NCBI GenBank assembly: GCA_000182565.2
Contig: KQ257452.1
Length of the DNA: 64,000 nt
Source: Spizellomyces punctatus DAOM BR117
Lineage: Eukaryota
Strand: one strand, 5' to 3'
Below are positions 56,394 to 64,000 of the stretch, piece after piece (the first letter of the stretch is position 1; every line of letters starts with the position of its first letter). Under the pieces are notes generated by a model, which had not been told where the DNA came from, did not search any database, and saw nothing but the letters and a program-made list of their open reading frames with translations. A program made the translations under genes and the position numbers.

Positions 56394-59300
56394 TCAATGG
56401 TGCGCACCAACTTCCCTCAGAAAGTCGGTTGCGATTCCATTGTTTGCGATACGGGAATGGCCGTGACCTCCAACGCTTTCGTGACATTCTGGGCATTTGG
56501 ACGTTTCCATTGCCCCTCCGCACTCACCTGTACGAGTAACTACATCGGTTGACAAAATTTGCCGCTAGACGCTTATCAAATTATACACACCTATCGTGTA
56601 GACATGTCCGTTGGGACACGTAAACCAATGCCCACCATAGCTTCCAACGCCAGTGCCAACATCCGAACCCATCGCGTTGAAGATGTCCTGTTTTTCTTTG
56701 AGCGAGACAGTTTCGATAAATGTTTCTCTGCAGAGCTTTTCGGCATTTACGAGCAATTTGTGAGTGGCATCCAGTTCTGCAGCCCTTTGTTGGGTGTTCA
56801 AAGAGTCCTCCTTCGCTGAAGTCAATGCACGTATGCGCTTGCTTGCAATCTCCTTCAACTCTGCCAGAATCTCCTGCTGCTGAGTACGCAGCGCTTCCTT
56901 TATCTCGTCCAGGAGCCCAGAACATGATCTTCGGAGCCATGAGATCTCGTCTAAGTATACATACAAGGTCATCAAAAACTCTTTCAGAGCATCACCCGCA
57001 GACCGGCGACTTTTCGAGACATTACAAAGCTCATCGACAGCTTCAAACTGCGAGCGAACCTCTTTGATGCTCTGCTCTAGAGCACCAAAGGATTTTCGTA
57101 ACATGATTTTTACAGTATCTGCTTTGTCCCGCTGATTACGCGACTGTGACTTCGTGATAGCCATCACTTCCAGGGCAGCGGATTTGATGACGACCTGTCC
57201 CCATGCCAAAAAACCGATATGCGCTTTAATAGCTCCGTCGACCGCAGGTATGAATTTATATGCCTCATGAAGACGGAGTTGCTTTTTAGCCTGTTCACAT
57301 TTTGCGGCCCGTGTAGAACTTGATATAATGCGCATCAGGGCAGCTGATGATTTCTCCCAGGTTAGTTTGGCCGGATGATCTTTGCTGGCCTGATGAATCA
57401 AACGTTTGACGTCTTTGTTGACCCGTCTAACCGTCTTTCCATTACGATGCAAATCTTGAAGTGTGCTTACTGACACATTATCGACGTCGAGTTTCTTTCG
57501 CAGCTCTTCAATCCGCTTTCCGACGGTTTCCCGGTCCTGTAAGCGCATTCTGACTTGGGTTTCTATGCTCAGATTGAACTTGCGCGTTGTTTGATCTGCA
57601 AATGCGTGGTTCAACAAGCGAGCGTAGCGGCGGATCCCTGAAATTGGTGATCGACAATGAGGACACGAGGGAATCGCTTGGCAAGCGGATGGTAGTGGGA
57701 GAATATCTTGCCAAGCGCCATCATCCGATCTGCGATAGTATTTCTGTAGCTCCACAATACCATCGAGGCTTTCCGTGGTAAAGCAATGGCCGCAGTTGAG
57801 TGCCAAAAGGGGACCTTCATCCAAGTCGTAATCTTCGAGGCGTGTAAACATAATCATATCCACCACACTGGTTTTGCTTTGAGGCGAGGCGCATTTTGGA
57901 CATGCCTGGCTGGGTTTTGGACATGGCTCTCCGCACACAGATGGGCATTGACAACCGCAGGACAGAATCTTGTCACAGCGCTCGTCACATGGCAATCGAC
58001 AGCAGGGACTTCCACAGGGTAAGAGACATCTCCCTTTGTGTATGCAGGACCACGGGCACTGCATTGAACACGTGGAGCACGGCGTGCTACAATCGTTGGG
58101 ACATTTGGAATGCTGACAGCGGAAGCCACAAGGTTGACGACAAGGAGGGCACTCTTTGGCACCATGACAGACCCCGCGACATTCATGACCGCACAAAAGT
58201 TTGCGGCCACACACTTCCGTGCAGGCCCCCTGGTGTCCTCCCGATTTACGTTGGACGAACAAACATTTACCGCAGGCAGATTTGCAGGTGTGGCCGCAGT
58301 CCAGAACTTTTCCGCAATGTTTCGAGCACATGAAAATGGAGTCCGACTCAGATAGGACGTCGCACGTCTCAGTGCGTAGTGACTCAGACCGGGCATCCAA
58401 CCGAGCCGCCACATGACACCGCAGCTCCTCTTGATGCCCGCAGACGGGCATTGTTCTCTGCACCTTTTTTGGGCACGGTGGAGGGTCTCTAGCCTGATGA
58501 CATTTGATCCGGAGTGAGTGGCCGCAAGACAGTACAATATCTAGCCGCTCTTTGCAAGGTCCACATGCGTTACAGCACAGGGATTGACAGGGATGGCCAC
58601 ATTCAAGCAGACGCATACATTGCTCTTTGCAAGGAAAAGCCTTGTGATTTTCGTCGTCAGGATGGCATGACCGGGGACACATATGCCCGCATTCCAATTT
58701 AAAACCGCAGGGCTCATCACAGCCGCCGTCTGGCGCCAATTGCCGTAGTTCTTCAACGGTATGCGCACTGAGAACTTTGCTTTCGTGCCGCTCGCATTTA
58801 AGAGGTAAATAGGGACCTAGGCGATTGTTTTCATCGAAGAGGTTAAGCATTTGGGTAAAAAGTGCACCACGACAGCCACGTCGGATAGTATCTGCAGAAC
58901 CAAAAACAAACATCCCGTGTTTGGCCCGAGACATCATTACATTCACACGATTGTCAATCTGAGAAAAAAATATATAAGCGAAAAAGCCCACACAAGTGTT
59001 GAACTTCCACGTTTAAGTCCAATGAGCATACCTTCAAGAATCCTGTGCGATATGCTCGATTGCATCGTACAGTAGAAATGATCACGATTTCAGCTTCCTC
59101 GCCTTGAAAATTATCAACCGTCGACAGTCTGACGCGATCTTCAATGCGAAGGTTCTTGACCAAGCTTGCACGCCGGGATTCCTCCACTATTTGCTTCTTA
59201 TGAGTCGAGGGTTCTACCGAAGGTGGAGCTGTTTCCCGTGCTGTATCTCCATCGACAGCCGAATCGTCATCCTCGCTTTCTGGATCTCCGTTCCACATTT

Positions 59301-62300
59301 TGTGGATGTCGCCCAAAGTGCGATCGTCGACATACAGAGCCACGCGCTGTTCTTTACATTTTTCCCGTAGCTTTTGAGCCTGTCCAGCATAGGGCGTCAG
59401 AACCGCAATCTGACCACGCGCATAGCCCTGTTTGATCAAATGACCCACAAGCGCAACGACCATGCTTGCTTCGCGTTCATTGGCCTTCGACCTCGATTCT
59501 CCTTCTTTTCCACCTTCCTCAAGATAGTCATGGTCAAAGAACCAGAGATTTTGGCGCATTCCTTTTACAGCGGGATAGTTGAACACATTATCTCCATCTT
59601 CAAGGACAGGATAATATTTGGTCTTTCGCAGCAAATCAGCAATTTCTGGTCTCATTCGTCGTTGAGTAGCCAAAGACACCATAGGAACGTTACGCTGAGC
59701 TCCCTTTGGCCGATTGTTGCTCAATCGAACCAGTCTCTCAAAAAGTGACATGTCCAGATTGTAGCCCGAACGCGCATCGACCGAAAGGGCAAACTGCTCC
59801 ACCTTGGGCCTCAACTGCTGATGATCACCAATCATGATCAAATGCTGAGTTCCTTGGCTAAGAGAGGCAATGATATGGGATTCAAACACCTCCCCGGCTT
59901 CCTCACACATGACGATGGAAGGCGCCAAGTTGCGTAGCAATTTCATTTTGGAAGCTGCACCAGACGTAGTTATGCCCACGACTTTGGCATCACGCAAAAT
60001 GCGTCCCTGCGTGGCAGACGACAGGTCGTTGTACTCTTCCACGAGTTCGCTGTACTTCTCGCAGTCTCTTTTAAACTCTCCTATGCGTACCGTCATATAC
60101 TCCTCTTTCCAGTAGTTGAACAGCGTCATACGCTCCGCACGCGACATCTTCCAAACATCGGAATCATATCTAAGGTCCTCAAGATCGCGAGTTTGCTCTG
60201 GGGGTAAAGCAATGGCCGCTCCCTCATCTCCATGTTTGACCACAGGTACAAGATTAGGGTAAAGAATTCGTTCATCACCGTCGTCTTCGATGCTTAAACT
60301 CGAAAATGCATTCTGCGTGTCAAATTGGCCACTGTTAATCTCGTGCGATTGACTTCTCGCTACTTCATACGAACGGTGCTCAAGATCAAGGCCTCGAACC
60401 CATATTTGCAAGGCATCCGTGTGCTCCCCCTCGGTTCCCAAAAAGCGTCGAAAGCCATCCTCGTCCACAAGCATTGATCCCCGCCGTAGATTTTCCAACT
60501 GCTCGGGACTGTACAGTTCCAACAACGTTACGAGATTCTCGAGTCGCCATTTGTGAGGTGGCAGACCTTGTCGTTCAACAAACTGATCGATCTGTCGGCT
60601 TAAGTCTCCCGCCTCCACCTCAATGTTTTTGGACCTCTTGATCTCTTGTGCAGTTCTTGCACCATACATTAAATTGCCCAAATTGCGCTGCTCTAGCTTC
60701 ACACTTCGGCTCCGTCCTCCCACACGAATAATGTCGTCGGCGGGCACACCAGCATTCATCAAGCCCTCTAAGAACTGATCCAGGGCGTGATTTGTGTAGC
60801 AAATGCAAAGAATGGGTAGATTGGCAAAGTACGCATCCGCTCCAAGAGTGGGTGTGACACCGGCCGCTCGCTGCATGGCAGCTTGAAGGTGCAATGCCTC
60901 CGCTTGAGGGGATCTACCTGCCGATGGGATAGTCCGAGACTTTCCAATATTTGCCAAAAGAGCCTTTATAATGTGTATCCCCACGTGGGTTTTTCCACAT
61001 CCGGGCGGGCCTTGTATGAGACTGATCTCTTGCGACAGCGCGGCGGCCAGAGCTTCACTTTGCGTTGCATCGAGGTCCAAGTAGCGTTGATAGCGGTGCA
61101 GGGTGTGTCGCAGAGAATCAAAATCTGCAACATTTACGCTTTGGAGCCCCGTAACATTGTCCGTCCCAGCTTTCAGCAAGCACCGAAGATCATAGCACGT
61201 CCCTATATTCAAGTATCGAGGGTGTTTGGGTTCCAAGTTGCCCAACACAATGGTTTCCACAAAGGGCATTGTCGAGCTACTTAAGGACTGAAGGGCCTTC
61301 AGAACCGCTTCACCTGCATTGAAGAAATGGCCTCGTACTTGCAGTAGCAAGTTCTCATCCTGTGCCTCCTGGCGACCTACATGGTCGGACACTACATTTA
61401 TGAGCTGAGAAAAGTCCAACAATTGCAGTCCGATCTGCGGTCGTTTTTTTGGTTCTTTTTGAGGTTTTACCTCCAGATCTTCGTCGTTTCGCTCTGCAAC
61501 CACGGCGAAAAAGATTTTTCTCTGGGCAATCGGCTTGTTTTTATTGATATCTTGCTTTGCGCCGAGCCATAACACTATCAGCGACCCTTTCTGCACGTGC
61601 TTCTTACCCGGCCCTTTGGTCCAGTAAAGTCGATCAGATTTTGCATGGGCAGGTTGGTCAAAAGAGACTTTCAAGAGAAGTCCTCGCCTAATATTTGGTG
61701 CTAGAGATTCGATGGTTGCACGACGGAAGACCACAAGATCAACTGAATTCTTGCCGTCCACCCGATAGAAAGTGCCATTACTACCAAGGCGCTTCAGAAC
61801 TTCATTTCCATTTTGGACAAAGTATGAGATACCGGCCCGTACAGACGCCAATACATCTTCCCTGAGTAGACGAAATTGAATATCCAAGTATCGGTCCACT
61901 CCTTCCGGCAAATGGTGCTCGACGCCGGGTTTTGGTAAATAGGGACTATCTTCAGCAAAAATCTCACCGGATGTGGGAAGAATGCAAATCTTCCGGAAGT
62001 CTGAAAAATCATTGTCATGACGTGGGCCCTCTGGACGCAAATCACCAGGCCCAGGACCTGATGATCTCTGATCTCCTGCAGATGCAAGTGTTCCTCTGCT
62101 ACCCATGCCTGCTTGTCGATGTAACCAGTCAGAAGTTCCTTGTTCAGCTGTAGCTAAGTTCTCTTCAGGCTCCAGAAGGATGTTACCAATGTTCTGCAGC
62201 AAATGTGACGGAGAGAAAGCATGAATAAATAATCAAAGGGACAAGGCTCATGACGTTTTCGCAAACCAGACCTTTAGCAATTTTTTAATTTCGCTTTTCG

Positions 62301-63090
62301 CTTGGTGATACTCATCTGATGATGGTGACTTCTGTTGCCAACCATTCCAAAGATCCTTCAGCTTCCCATACCAGTCCCTGTACCGGGCGTTCACCTGAGC
62401 GTCTGTGTCCACGCAGAGGGATTTGTTGAAGACCCTGATCACAACCAGTATGGCTTCTGTCCAATGAGCTGGAATATACGTGGTCGGTATATCACGCTCT
62501 TGAATCCTTCCAATGTCCAAGTAGTGATCCGCCATCGAGCCCCTTTGCATCAGATCGTGTAGACACTGTAAGATGCGGTAGATGAAGTTGCCCCGTTCAT
62601 CCTGGAAGAGGCAAGTGTAGATGCTCCGCAAGGCTTTATGATAGATATCGGGAAAGCTGATCACCAATCCAAGAAGGGGAAGAATCACCCGTTGGAAGGA
62701 CACTGGCAACGAGCGAATGCCGGCGTCCACGGTCATCGGCCGACTTACAAGGTCCTTCAACAGCTTTACACCATTGCCTGCATCGTCCGAAAGTATAAGC
62801 AGAACCTCTTCTGGCTGCCCTGACTGAAGAGCTGACACAACGAATCGCCTCATGTCATGCTGGTGAAGAAATTCACCCTTCCGGACAAAGCAACGAAATT
62901 GGTGAAGTGCTTCTTGACTTGCATTTTTGGGCGGGGTCGACCGTTCCTTGGAGTGAAGTGTGTTTTGACCACCGTGGGAAGGGCCTCCCTGGCTGCTAGT
63001 CGGCTTGCTTCTCCAATCTTCTTTCAACTTGGGGGTGCGGTCCCTCCCATGCTCGGACTTGTACTTGAGCTTCCGTTGGGAGTTCATCAT
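56394..63090 (-). CDS. ZNFX1: ZNFX1-like protein: SF1 (UPF1-like) helicase, NF-X1 zinc fingers, RING-like region and RZ finger (4 exons)
   Basis: YLDIQFRLLRED; QGPPGCGKT; CYTNHALDQFLE; EEAGE; IGDHQQLRP; SLFERL; QRRMRPEI; TVDNFQGEE; NRVNVMMSRAKHG; repeated CGH-C; GHWFTCPNGHVYTIG|ECGGAMETSKCPEC. Confidence 0.93.
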
Positions 63091-64000
63091 GTTGCTGCTG
63101 TCACTAAGTCGGTTTTTCTTGAAGTGGGGAACACCTTCTATGGTGCTTGTGCAGCTTCAGCATGCTGTCAAGTCCCATGTGTGGCCAAAATAGGGGCTTC
63201 TGCGGAGGCCAAGGGGGTTCCGATAGCGCGTGAACATGACAAAAGAGCGAAATAGATGGACCCGCCCCCATTGACATGCAAAAGCCCTATAATAACCTAG
63301 TTTGACAGGAGTGCAACCACAATGAAAACAGTCGAAGAAGTTACCAATCCCAACGTCGTTTATGTACATTTGAATTCAAACCGCTGATATGCTTGGGCCA
63401 GGTGGATACTCGATATGAGCAGCTATGAAGCTGTTGGGCTGTCAAATGTCCACCTCAACCAAGCGTTCTCTTCGCATGACGGGAAAGCAATACCGAAAAA
63501 CCCTAACGTTTTGGGGCTGGCCAGAATTGAAAATGATAAAAGCTGAACAAAGGTCCCAGAGAAAATCCAGGTTACCTGGTTGTCTTTTGGCATATTTATA
63601 GGGCTCGGCCCTTCTTATTCTGCCCGATAGAGTCGTGCATATTCACTGCGTCGATCTGTGTTTAACCTCCTCGATAGCATCCCTTGAAATTGACACCCGA
63701 ATTGTGGATGAGATTTGATTCACGCAAGGGCATCGGCGGTGATTTTTGCTGGTAAAGAAGCATTTAAGAAAACGCCATAAGCGGCAGCTGTAGCAGACGA
63801 CAGACGACAATGATTATTGCCATTGGTCCTTGTACGGGCTACGAATGGCTCTCTTGTGGTCAAAAGAGCATGTCACTCAGAACTGGTTCTGTACAGCGTC
63901 TGAATATCCTCGGCAGACATGATTCCCCCATGATACTAGGTAGTTTTCATTTCTAGCAGACTGCCTACAAATTGCCAAAGCAAGCAAGCTTCGAGTTTCG

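Noticed and set aside
57850-58720. Cys-rich repeated sequence suggesting a repeat element
   Set aside because: These are the NF-X1 zinc-finger codons of ZNFX1.
63100-64000. Possible further gene or transposon remnant upstream of ZNFX1
   Set aside because: No convincing ORF, motif or terminal repeat is visible.

Overview
Gene-dense, intron-rich eukaryotic DNA with short (~55-100 nt) GT-AG introns. It mixes fungal-type genes (chorismate synthase, PET127, LIM-RhoGAP, CTI6-like) with flagellar genes (IFT140, DRC5/TCTE1), so the source is most likely a zoosporic fungus (chytrid); this is inference. I can support about 27 protein-coding loci, two tRNAs (Val-AAC, Pro-TGG) and one assembly gap. I see no mobile element, CRISPR array or rRNA. 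The most interesting observations are: (1) a 94-aa presequence-like microprotein ending EDDT-stop, whose last codon is split by an unusually long, structured intron with competing pairings and a candidate 3-nt microexon; (2) an ABCC/MRP protein in which both ATPase sites look degenerate and which carries an R-domain-like linker; (3) a full-length ZNFX1-like helicase/E3 ligase with a C-terminal RZ finger; (4) an intronless, tailless kinesin with a large insertion inside the motor domain. Gene models were spliced by eye, so exon boundaries and start codons are approximate.
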